From NCBI GenBank assembly GCA_003139795.1, contig PLGM01000350.1, positions 10,160-74,159 on the forward strand: a stretch of DNA of 64,000 nt, read 5' to 3'. The notes under the pieces are model-generated. The model was not told the DNA's origin. It worked only from the letters and a program-made list of their open reading frames with translations, and did not search any database. The DNA is from Acidobacteriaceae bacterium. GTDB taxonomy: Bacteria > Acidobacteriota > Terriglobia > Terriglobales > Acidobacteriaceae. Both the position numbers and the translations under genes were made by a program. Below are positions 26,159 through 34,094 of the stretch, one piece after another. The stretch's first letter is position 1. The number at the start of each line of letters is the position of its first letter.

Positions 26159-26755
26159 TTGAGTCTTTTTTACAACTGGTTCTTTCCCGCGCTGTGGGCG
26201 GTTTATCTTCTCTACTGGCAGGTGGCGGCGCGAGGCGCCAAGAGCAACGAACGCCTCGAGCCGCTCGTGTCGAGGGCGGTGCGGTCAGTGGCGTTTCTTC
26301 TGGCGATAGTGCTCCTGATGGGCCACTGGCTACCCATTCCAGCGCTCTACCGGTTTTATCTTCCCGAAAACAACTGGACCGTCTGGTTCTGGATTGGCGC
26401 GGTGGTGAATGTGCTGGGACTTGGCTTCGCGGTCTGGGCGCGTGCGTATCTGGGTAGCAACTGGAGCCGCTCGGTGACCATCAAGCAGGGCCACGAACTG
26501 ATCACCGGCGGGCCGTATGGCCTGGTGCGCCACCCGATTTACACAGGTCTGCTGACCGGCTTTCTGGGGTCGGCGATCGCCATCGCGCAGGTTCGCGGAC
26601 TGGTGGCCTTTTTCCTTATCTTCGCGGTGTTGTGGTTAAAACTGCGGCTGGAGGAACGGTGGATGCGGCTGCAGTTCGGAGGAGTCTACGAGCAGTACGC
26701 GCGCCGGGTGCCTGCGCTTGTGCCGCTGCCGCTGAGCCGGGACAGCGTGTCCTAG
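26159..26755 (+). CDS. isoprenylcysteine carboxyl methyltransferase (ICMT/PEMT-like) family membrane methyltransferase
   Basis: Multi-TM protein. ELITGGPYGLVRHPIYTGLLTGFLG is the family signature. TTG start follows GGAGG. Confidence 0.8.
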   Translation: MSLFYNWFFPALWAVYLLYWQVAARGAKSNERLEPLVSRAVRSVAFLLAIVLLMGHWLPIPALYRFYLPENNWTVWFWIGAVVNVLGLGFAVWARAYLGSNWSRSVTIKQGHELITGGPYGLVRHPIYTGLLTGFLGSAIAIAQVRGLVAFFLIFAVLWLKLRLEERWMRLQFGGVYEQYARRVPALVPLPLSRDSVS

Positions 26756-26865
26756 AGCGGTTCCACAGTCACGCGCCCTGATTGGGCGTGCGAAAGGTGG
26801 CTTTGTCTTGAGGAAAAAGCCACGCGAGAGCAGTGGTTCCGGGGTACGGCGACTGTGGAACCGCT
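26756..26865. other. 110-nt nested-hairpin element at the convergent ICMT / multihaem-cytochrome junction
   Basis: Perfect 15-bp outer stem AGCGGTTCCACAGTC (26756-26770) / GACTGTGGAACCGCT (26851-26865). It encloses two inner hairpins: 26772-26790 with a 7-bp stem, and GTGGCTTT/AAAGCCAC at 26797-26823. Confidence 0.5.
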
Positions 26866-26932
26866 GTGAGGCAGCTGGTTGACCTGCCGGAGCGCGTCGC
26901 CGTTGGCAATGAGCCTTTCCGCCGGCAAAAAG

Positions 26933-26966
26933 GAGAAGCGCTGCCGCCCGAGAAGCGCTGCCGCCC
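26933..26966. repeat. perfect 17-nt tandem duplication
   Basis: GAGAAGCGCTGCCGCCC occurs twice (26933-26949, 26950-26966), 23 nt from the cytochrome gene stop. Confidence 0.9.
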
Positions 26967-26988
26967 ATGACAACCCAACCGAAGAAGA

Positions 26989-28482
26989 CTATTGAATGCC
27001 GAGGTCGGAAAGAACCTTGGGCTTGGCTTCGTCCACGGCCAGCAGGTTGTGGCAGGCGGCGCAGTCCTGGGTGATGCTGGTGCCGTCCTTGGCCACGTGG
27101 TCGCCATCGTGGCAGCGGAAGCAGCCCGGATAGCTCATGTGGCCGATGTGGTTGGGGTGGGTACCCCAGGTCACCTTCATAAAAGGAAACACGTTCTGGG
27201 TATAGAGAGACAGCAACTCATCGCCGGCGGATTTGACAAGCGCGGCTTTGGCGGCCAGGACCTCAGGATGCTGGGAGCGATAGAAGGCTTGAAGCTGCTG
27301 TGGAATCTGCGTGCTCGCTTCGGCCTCGGAGGCGTAGGTGGCATTGAGCAGCTCCAGGCCCTCCTTGTGAACCCAGGGCAGATCCGGACTGACCGCGCCT
27401 TCGGCCATGGCCCGGTTGAGCGCGTCTTCCGCGGTCACAAAGGTGTGCGCGGCGCGGTTGTGGCAATCAATGCAATCCATCACCCGCCGTTCCCCCTGGG
27501 GAACGCCGTTGCCCGCGGCGGCCGTGGCAAACGCGGTCTCCGAGCCATCCGGGTTGCGCTTCTGTACCCAGGGGATGGTGGTGCGGGTTGGGTCGGTGGC
27601 GACGTACTCGATGTGGCCCAGGTGAGTGCCGTGAATCCCGCTCAGTTGGGAGAGCGAATCCCGGCCGCCCAGGTGCAGAACCACCACCGTCTGGGTCTCG
27701 GTGTTCTTCTCATCGTCGGCAAAGCTGGACTTCACCAGGAGCTTTTCGCCGACAAACCGGGCCGGCGTGTGGCAGCCCTCGCAGATATACCGCGCGGGGC
27801 GCAGATTCTCGACCGGCGAAGGAATCGGAGTGGGATAGCGATCGAAGCTGACCTCAAGAAGCTGCCTGGTGCCGTTCACCTTGGCGGCAAAGTAGGATGC
27901 CGCGCCCGATCCGATGTGGCAGGCGACGCAGTCCACATGGGAGTGCGCGGAAATCTTGTAGGCTGTGTACTCCGGATGCATGACGTGGCAGGACTGGCCG
28001 CAAAACTGCGGGGAGTCCATGTAGGCCGAACCGCGATAGCTGGCCATGGCCACGACCAGCAGGTTGACGATAGTGGCCACCAGCACGATATCCAGGCCGT
28101 GGCGAAAGACCCGGTCGTTGAGATCGATCTTGGGGAATTCGGCGGGAATCTGCCCGGCTTTCTGGAGCTTTCTGCGGCGCACAAACACGCCCACCGGGAT
28201 CAGCGCCAATCCGGCTATGAACAGAGCGGGCAGAAGCAGGAAGAAGATGATGCCGAGGTAGGGGTTGTCATTGGGGCGGCCGAAGATCTCGACCAGCCAA
28301 TAGCCGATCATGGTCACGCCAGCGGCGCTGGTGATGGCGCCGCCTGCCAGACTGACAGGGTTGTTGCCGAAGAACAGAGCCGGGCGCACCCAGCTCTCGC
28401 GGAATTTTTGAAGCAATGGCACCTTTGTCCCCCACACTGATTGGATGGCCCGCCAGTGGGAGCGGAAACCCGATTTCGGCAC
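26989..28482 (-). CDS. membrane-anchored multihaem c-type cytochrome, NapC/NirT-like region (ImcH-like architecture)
   Basis: 497 aa with three predicted N-terminal TM helices. One CX3CH site (CGQSCH) and five CXXCH sites (CVACH, CEGCH, CIDCH, CFRCH, CAACH). GTG start. Last gene of the cytochrome cluster. Confidence 0.75.
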   Translation of the reverse strand: MPKSGFRSHWRAIQSVWGTKVPLLQKFRESWVRPALFFGNNPVSLAGGAITSAAGVTMIGYWLVEIFGRPNDNPYLGIIFFLLLPALFIAGLALIPVGVFVRRRKLQKAGQIPAEFPKIDLNDRVFRHGLDIVLVATIVNLLVVAMASYRGSAYMDSPQFCGQSCHVMHPEYTAYKISAHSHVDCVACHIGSGAASYFAAKVNGTRQLLEVSFDRYPTPIPSPVENLRPARYICEGCHTPARFVGEKLLVKSSFADDEKNTETQTVVVLHLGGRDSLSQLSGIHGTHLGHIEYVATDPTRTTIPWVQKRNPDGSETAFATAAAGNGVPQGERRVMDCIDCHNRAAHTFVTAEDALNRAMAEGAVSPDLPWVHKEGLELLNATYASEAEASTQIPQQLQAFYRSQHPEVLAAKAALVKSAGDELLSLYTQNVFPFMKVTWGTHPNHIGHMSYPGCFRCHDGDHVAKDGTSITQDCAACHNLLAVDEAKPKVLSDLGIQ

Positions 28483-28497
28483 ACTAAGGGGCTTTGG

Positions 28498-28517
28498 AGT
28501 GTTGCTAAATCAACACT
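28498..28517. other. intercistronic hairpin upstream of the multihaem cytochrome gene
   Basis: AGTGTTG-ctaaat-CAACACT: perfect 7-bp stem, 16 nt upstream of GTG 28482. Confidence 0.3.
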
Positions 28518-28598
28518 TCAAGGCTGTGATTTCGGGTACACGGATCGCAGCTTCGCTGCAGGCGGGCCTGGTTCGACTTGCCGGACCGACGATTGGGG

Positions 28599-28916
28599 CT
28601 ACTTGAGCCCGCGATAGTAAGCCACCGCGTCCTTGATCTGCTGATCGGTGAGTCCCGCGACCGGCTTCATCTTGTTCTTGCCGTTCTTGACGACGGCAGC
28701 CATCTGGTCGGCGGTAAGCTTCTGGATATCCGGATCGGAAACCGGCTTCACACCCATCATCTTGGCGATCCCCGGACTGGGGGTGCCGGCGGAGCCGTGG
28801 CAACTTTGACACTTGGCCTTGTAAGTCGCTTCGCCGCCGGATTGGGCGAGGCACACGGCGCTGGCCAGAGAAACAACAACGGCCAGGACCACCTGGGATC
28901 GAATCGTCTTTGTCAT
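28599..28916 (-). CDS. monohaem class I c-type cytochrome (copy 2)
   Basis: ATG 28916 follows AAGGAG. Signal peptide MTKTIRSQVVLAVVVSLASAVCLAQ, single CQSCH site, distal Met region GKNKMKP. Confidence 0.85.
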   Translation of the reverse strand: MTKTIRSQVVLAVVVSLASAVCLAQSGGEATYKAKCQSCHGSAGTPSPGIAKMMGVKPVSDPDIQKLTADQMAAVVKNGKNKMKPVAGLTDQQIKDAVAYYRGLK

Positions 28917-29109
28917 TGCGATACTCCTTGAGTATTTCCACGGCCAGCGCGCCTGGGGACGCGCCTGCTGGGTGGAGTTGTTCCTGCTACCCAACCCCAG
29001 GCTACAACTTGTCAGTCGCCCGGAGCAGCAATCAAGATGGCAGCCAAAGCCATCTCAAACAGATCGACGCAATTCCCTTCGCAAATCCGGGAACTGCGCC
29101 AATGGTTCC

Positions 29110-29433
29110 TCACTTGATGAGCGTGCGGAAGTAGGCCACCGCGTCCTTGATCTGCGCGTCGGTGAGTTTGCCCTTGAACGGCTGCATCTTGCCCATGCCG
29201 TTCGTGGTGGCGTCGATCATCCTGTCCTCGGCGAAATTCTTGACGTCCGGATCGGTGACCGGCTTCACCTTCAAGGCTTTGCCTGCGGTCGTGTCGGCGA
29301 GGCCGGTGGCGCCATGACAGCTTTGGCACTTGGCTTTGTAGGTCGCTTCGCCCGGCGACTGGGCAAAGCCCACGGCGCCAGCCAAAGAAACAACCACGGC
29401 CAGCACCACCTGGGATCGAATTGTCTTTGTCAT
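29110..29433 (-). CDS. monohaem class I c-type cytochrome (copy 1)
   Basis: Signal peptide MTKTIRSQVVLAVVVSLAGAVGFAQ, CQSCH, GMGKMQP. The N-terminal ~40 aa are nearly identical to copy 2. Confidence 0.85.
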   Translation of the reverse strand: MTKTIRSQVVLAVVVSLAGAVGFAQSPGEATYKAKCQSCHGATGLADTTAGKALKVKPVTDPDVKNFAEDRMIDATTNGMGKMQPFKGKLTDAQIKDAVAYFRTLIK

Positions 29434-29557
29434 TGGAATACTCCAGAGAAATTACCACGGCCAGTGTACGCTCAGGCGCCGCCGGCCGTGTACGGATTCT
29501 TCAAGAAGAACGTTTTACGCCGGTTGTGCCGGATGGAAATTCCTTGTCCTGCGGCAA

Positions 29558-29587
29558 TTCCGCCCCTCCTTTAAAGAAGGGGCGGAA
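29558..29587. other. 10-bp-stem hairpin between porin gene and first monohaem cytochrome gene
   Basis: TTCCGCCCCT (29558-29567) pairs with AGGGGCGGAA (29578-29587). No U-run follows on the minus strand. Confidence 0.5.
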
Positions 29588-29647
29588 TGGTAACACTCCC
29601 GAATCCCGTCCGCCCCGGCAATCTTCTTCAGGGACGGCGGTTTTCCC

Positions 29648-32242
29648 TCAGAACTCGTAATGCAGTCCAATGGTCACGTTATTCGCATGAAAGTTCCGGG
29701 GTGCGGTCAGACCGGAAGACGATTCGGTTAGACCGGTCTGTTCGGGCAGAGAGGTGCAAGGTACAACCGTTGACGTCAGAGACGTTGAAGTGCTGCAGTC
29801 CTGCGGGCCGGAAGGACCGCCCTCGCCGTAGCCGTAGTAATTGTATTCCGCTTTCCAAATCCATCCAGGATGGATCGTCCACGCAACATTCACAAAGGGA
29901 GACTCATACTTGGAGTCGAGCGAGCCGTTGACCGATCGCGCATCGGTGAAAAACTGATTGCCGCTCACATCGCTCATGCGATAGCCAATATTGGAGTGGA
30001 ACGATTTGACGGGGGACAGCGCGAGAGCCACCGACGCGTACTGCGTAGGAGCATCCATGAAGTCCCTGCCAAACCAGTCCGCGAGTTGGGTCGTCGACCC
30101 CCTGGAGAACACGCCTGGGCATACATTCGGCCCGCCGCTGCTGTTGGTCGAGGCAGTGCCGGGCAAAGTGGCCGAAGCGCCACTGTCAAAACAGATGTTG
30201 GTCGCCGCATACACATCGCTATAGGCGTAATTGAAATCGAACCCATAGCGCTCATTCGGCATCAGCACCGCGCCCAGGCTCACAATCCGGCTGTGATCGA
30301 CATGGTCGATCGGGCCCTCGTACGGATCATCGCCTGCTGCGACGGCGGCCCCGTTGTTGTTGGTGTTGTTGTGCCGTTCCAGGTCGTTCCAGGCGCCCGA
30401 CAGCGTCGCCCAGGGCTTTGGCCTGTACAGGGTATGCACTCTGTAGTGCCTGGTTTGCCGCGGACCGACCGGGGTGAATGCATTGTCGGCGTAGAGCGCC
30501 TCGACCGTGCCATTGACATCCCAATTGGCGGTGGGCCGCACGGCGGCGTTGAAGATTCCACCGTCTTCGTTGATGGTTACGGTTCCGTTTGACGTGGCAC
30601 CCACGGCTAATGGAACGTTATGAGGACTGCCCTGGGCGATGGTGTGCTTGCTGTGGCGATAGGTGAGCGAGAGCGTGGCGCGAGACGCGGCATCCCAGGT
30701 CCCCGTCAAGTTATTGGTCAGGAAGTTCTGGCCAAAGTAGCCCGGCAGGGGGGTGCCGATGACGCCGCTGCCTTCAAAAGTGGAGGCGCCGGCGGCGGCA
30801 GCGGTCGTGGTCAACCCACCTGCGTAGTTGATGGTTTCATTTCCCGCGGTCGCGGGCGTCGACAGAGTGGTCCCACTCGTCATGGTGGTGGTTCCCGGTT
30901 GGTGGACGCTGGAGAAGTCCACCTGTTCGGAGAGACTGAACGTCCTCATAGCCTGCCACACGAACCCATAGTCGGCGGCTACGACCTCGCGCTTTGCGGT
31001 GCCGGTGGCCGTATACGTAAGCGAGCGCGTCGTCCCATTAAGACCCTGGTAGCTGTCGTAGTAGTTGGGCAGGTTCATATTCGCTTTGGTATAGCGCAAA
31101 TCGCCATTCATCGAGACGTTCTTGATGCTGGAGCTTTGCAACCGGAAGATCTCCGTGGGATAGAGAATGCGGGTCGGCTGCGAGCGCAGGTAGTTGGTAA
31201 CCACGGCGCATGCCGCATTGATGACCGGCAGGCCACCGGCGGTTGGCGACGCCGAGAGGATGGGAGTGGCGCCTATGCTGTTTGCATTGCAGGCACTGCT
31301 GGGGTAGGGCGTCCGGCTGTCAAAATCGTCAAGGGCCGCCGGTGTTCCGTCCGCCTCTTGCACGTTGAAGTCGCCGGGGGCCATGGTAAAGTAGGAGTCC
31401 GCCTTGTAGTGGTCGATCTCCTCTTCAAAGGTCAACCTGGTGCCCTGCACGGGCTTCCAGTCGATCCCCCCCGTGAAGTCGTCGGTGCTGTTGCGCTGAT
31501 ACTCCTGGAGCACGGCATCGTACTTGGCGAATTGATAACCGCTTGGGCTCAGGCTCGGTCCCTGGAAGATGTTCTGTGAGTACCCCGCCCGAAACGTCAC
31601 CTTCGAAATCGGAAAGATCGTGAGGTTGGTGTCCGTCATGCGGCGCACCGTGTTGTACTGCACCGGCGATTGTTCCACCTGCGGCCAGGCAAACGAACCG
31701 GTTGGCGCGGCGGAGGGTCCGATGGGAATCGACTGCCCCCCGGGGATATTGGGGTTGCCCAGCAGGTCGTAGTCGAAGTACTGGCGGTCGCGGCGAAACA
31801 TTCCCGAGAACTCGTAGATCTTGCCCTTGGAGAAGTCCAGCTTGGTGAAGCTGTTCGGATCGCCGCCGAACCCGCTGCCGATAGCACTGAGCGAATCGAT
31901 AAGCGTGTTCTTCTTGCCCGGGAGCGCGCGCATTTCAAAGGTCTCGCCAAGCACGCGCGGCCCGGACTGCATATTGACCAGCGTGTCGTACATGGCCCCG
32001 CTGCCCGCGACGCCGGTTATGCGGCCACCCAGATCCACGCTCTGATGGATCGTATACCCATTCGGGGCAGCGATCTGTGCCTCCGGCGTCGGCGATGGGG
32101 TGGCGGGCGTCGGATTTTGAGCGACGGCGATGCCCGCCGTCATCAGTAAAATGACGATTCCAATGCTCCCAGCGGTGCGCTGAATCATTGCGATAGATGG
32201 CTGTTCTTTGGACAGCCGAGAAAACCAGCCTGTCTTCTTCAT
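29648..32242 (-). CDS. large outer-membrane beta-barrel protein, MtrB/MtoB/PioB-like porin partner of the decahaem cytochrome
   Basis: ~865 aa with no haem motifs. Signal peptide ...IGIVILLMTAGIAVAQ (the start may be 32242 or 32188). Amphipathic beta-strand pattern throughout, with an OMP-type C-terminus ...VTIGLHYEF. It lies immediately downstream of the decahaem gene. Confidence 0.7.
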   Translation of the reverse strand: MKKTGWFSRLSKEQPSIAMIQRTAGSIGIVILLMTAGIAVAQNPTPATPSPTPEAQIAAPNGYTIHQSVDLGGRITGVAGSGAMYDTLVNMQSGPRVLGETFEMRALPGKKNTLIDSLSAIGSGFGGDPNSFTKLDFSKGKIYEFSGMFRRDRQYFDYDLLGNPNIPGGQSIPIGPSAAPTGSFAWPQVEQSPVQYNTVRRMTDTNLTIFPISKVTFRAGYSQNIFQGPSLSPSGYQFAKYDAVLQEYQRNSTDDFTGGIDWKPVQGTRLTFEEEIDHYKADSYFTMAPGDFNVQEADGTPAALDDFDSRTPYPSSACNANSIGATPILSASPTAGGLPVINAACAVVTNYLRSQPTRILYPTEIFRLQSSSIKNVSMNGDLRYTKANMNLPNYYDSYQGLNGTTRSLTYTATGTAKREVVAADYGFVWQAMRTFSLSEQVDFSSVHQPGTTTMTSGTTLSTPATAGNETINYAGGLTTTAAAAGASTFEGSGVIGTPLPGYFGQNFLTNNLTGTWDAASRATLSLTYRHSKHTIAQGSPHNVPLAVGATSNGTVTINEDGGIFNAAVRPTANWDVNGTVEALYADNAFTPVGPRQTRHYRVHTLYRPKPWATLSGAWNDLERHNNTNNNGAAVAAGDDPYEGPIDHVDHSRIVSLGAVLMPNERYGFDFNYAYSDVYAATNICFDSGASATLPGTASTNSSGGPNVCPGVFSRGSTTQLADWFGRDFMDAPTQYASVALALSPVKSFHSNIGYRMSDVSGNQFFTDARSVNGSLDSKYESPFVNVAWTIHPGWIWKAEYNYYGYGEGGPSGPQDCSTSTSLTSTVVPCTSLPEQTGLTESSSGLTAPRNFHANNVTIGLHYEF

Positions 32243-32369
32243 ATGAAGCCTCACTTGAAAAAAACCATTGTTGCTCACATCGAAACCTTGAACTCGTGTG
32301 CCCAGTTGGTTCGGGATCCGGGCCGCGCCGTCCGATGGGCCTGGAGGGCGCGGTCGAGCTCCATGACTC

Positions 32370-33344
32370 CTACCTGAGGAACGCCGCATTCACGTTTGAC
32401 CCATGAATATAGGTGTGGCAGCTGATGCATGGCGTGATCTCCGACGATCCTGCGCTCATCGAGTGCACCGTGCCGGCGGCGACCGGGCTATGGCACTGGT
32501 TGCACAACGTGTTGATATTCGGCATGTTCAGCAGCCGGGCGTTCTGAGAACCATGCGGCGTGTGGCACCCCAGGCACCCCTCCGCCTTGACCGCGGCGTG
32601 CTCGTACACATAAGGCCCACGCACCTCCATGTGGCACTTGGTGCAGATCATATTCTGATCGGCCGTGGACTTCAGGTTGTTGTTCCCGAAGGTGCCGTGC
32701 GGGTCGTGGCAATCGGAGCACTGCACCAGGCCCTCGTTGACCTTGTGGTGGAAGGGCATACTGAACGCCGGCTTCACGTCGGTGTGGCACTGATAGCAGA
32801 GCGTCGGCTGAGGAGCCTTGAGGAGAGATTCCTCCTTGCTGCCGTGGATGTCGTGGCAGCCGATGCAGCTGACGCCGCCCTTGGCATGAGGAGAACGATC
32901 GAAGTTCGGATGCGCTCCCGCGTGGCAGCCCAGGCACTTGGCGGTCACGTCTTTGGCCGAAGCCTTGGCGGGATCGAAGATCTTGGTCACGTCCCCGCCG
33001 CCTTCAACGTGTGCGCCGCCCGGACCGTGGCAACCTTCGCAGTTCACGCCGGCCGCGCCGTGCTGTGCTGCAAGCTTGGTGTGCGGATTGTCCGCAAATT
33101 TCTTGCTCACCTCTTCATGGCAGGTAGCGCAAATGTCACCTCCCACATAGGCGCTCGGAGCCGCGTCCTTGGCCTGCGCGGCGGCCGCTTTGGCGCCAGA
33201 TTCGGCTTTGGGCCCCTGAGCGCCAAAAGCAGTGGCGCAGGCTATGCTCGCGCCCAGCATCAACATCAAACAAGCTCGCAGCCCCGGCCGCTTTCCCGGA
33301 GCCGCACCAATCGGCAATCGCGTTACAGGCCCATCACTATGCAT
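32370..33344 (-). CDS. periplasmic decahaem c-type cytochrome, MtrA/MtoA/PioA/DmsE family
   Basis: Ten CXXCH motifs (CATCH, CEGCH, CLGCH, CIGCH, CYQCH, CSDCH, CTKCH, CLGCH, CNQCH, CISCH) in ~324 aa. Signal peptide from ATG 33344. C-terminus CHTYIHGSNVNAAFLR. The size and motif spacing fit the family. Confidence 0.85.
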   Translation of the reverse strand: MHSDGPVTRLPIGAAPGKRPGLRACLMLMLGASIACATAFGAQGPKAESGAKAAAAQAKDAAPSAYVGGDICATCHEEVSKKFADNPHTKLAAQHGAAGVNCEGCHGPGGAHVEGGGDVTKIFDPAKASAKDVTAKCLGCHAGAHPNFDRSPHAKGGVSCIGCHDIHGSKEESLLKAPQPTLCYQCHTDVKPAFSMPFHHKVNEGLVQCSDCHDPHGTFGNNNLKSTADQNMICTKCHMEVRGPYVYEHAAVKAEGCLGCHTPHGSQNARLLNMPNINTLCNQCHSPVAAGTVHSMSAGSSEITPCISCHTYIHGSNVNAAFLR

Positions 33345-33541
33345 GAAAAATACCGCCTTGGATGCTCTTGTTGCATCTTCTGAAAACCACTGGGCCGGCA
33401 ATATGCCGGCCAGATATGGCAACTCCCACCTGGGAAGCGCCGCATCGAGAATCGGTTCTTCGGACCGCAATTTCCAGAAGCTGCTCTTTGTGCGGAGCAT
33501 CACTTCATGCGCGCATCCTACGTTTTATTTGCGCCGCGAAC

Positions 33542-33557
33542 GGTGACGTTCGTCACA
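33542..33557. promoter_or_regulatory. CRP/FNR-type box GGTGA-CGTTCG-TCACA upstream of the decahaem operon
   Basis: 9/10 match to TGTGA-N6-TCACA. On the minus strand a TAGGAT -10-like hexamer (33515-33520) lies 32 nt from the box centre, which is class II (-41.5) geometry. Confidence 0.5.
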
Positions 33558-33922
33558 GATAATGGAGAGACCAACTTACGGCTTCGGTTTCCTGCCCCAA
33601 TGTGACCGGGATTTCCATCGGCGCACAAGTCATTAAACGCGCTCAGGGCGATCCATAACCCTGGCGCACATGCATTTCCCTTGGGTGGGGGCAGGACCGG
33701 CTGAAATGCCGGAAAATCCCCCTTCGCAGTTCAACAGCAAAGTGGCTGTGCCGCTGTATAAGACTGATCACCTTTCTTGAATCAGGCAACGGTTGGCGGA
33801 AGTGTGGGACCTGGTCCGGCTTGGGGAGCTGCAAGCGTACTTTGGCGCTCAATCGAAGCGGGATCCAGCGCAGGCGCTTGACGCTCCACGGGGAAATCCG
33901 CAGCCTGCGTGGATTCAATTAG

Positions 33923-33940
33923 ATGTGAGGCCCATCACAT
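33923..33940. promoter_or_regulatory. perfect CRP/FNR-type palindrome ATGTGA-GGCCCA-TCACAT upstream of the Crp/Fnr gene
   Basis: 10/10 match to TGTGA-N6-TCACA, extended to 6+6. It lies 155 nt upstream of ATG 34095. Confidence 0.5.
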
Positions 33941-34094
33941 CCACGGGGGTAGCTGCTCGGGCAAACTTTGATGGAGCAAGAGCCTCTCTTCCGGGAGACG
34001 CAGGGCATTTTCCTCTCAGCTTGAGCCCTTGCGGCGTCTGCGGGGTTCAGCAGAAGGCGGTGGGGAAGGAGCTCGAACGGGGGTCGGAAGGGGC

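Noticed and set aside
28524-28540. Half-match to the TGTGA-N6-TCACA box (TGTGA-TTTCGG-GTACA) upstream of the multihaem cytochrome gene
   Set aside because: Only 8/10 with a poor right half-site (3/5). Listed for completeness but not called as a site.
32370-33503. Longer 377-aa version of the decahaem ORF, and the 913-aa version of the porin ORF (to 32389)
   Set aside because: The N-terminal extensions lack signal-peptide character and would overlap the predicted promoter and box (decahaem) or the upstream gene's stop (porin). Internal ATGs at 33344 and 32242/32188 give proper signal peptides.
33643-33918. 91-aa minus-strand ORF in the decahaem / Crp-Fnr intergenic region
   Set aside because: No RBS, Arg-rich composition and no motif. 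The region is better explained as regulatory DNA carrying the two CRP/FNR-type boxes.
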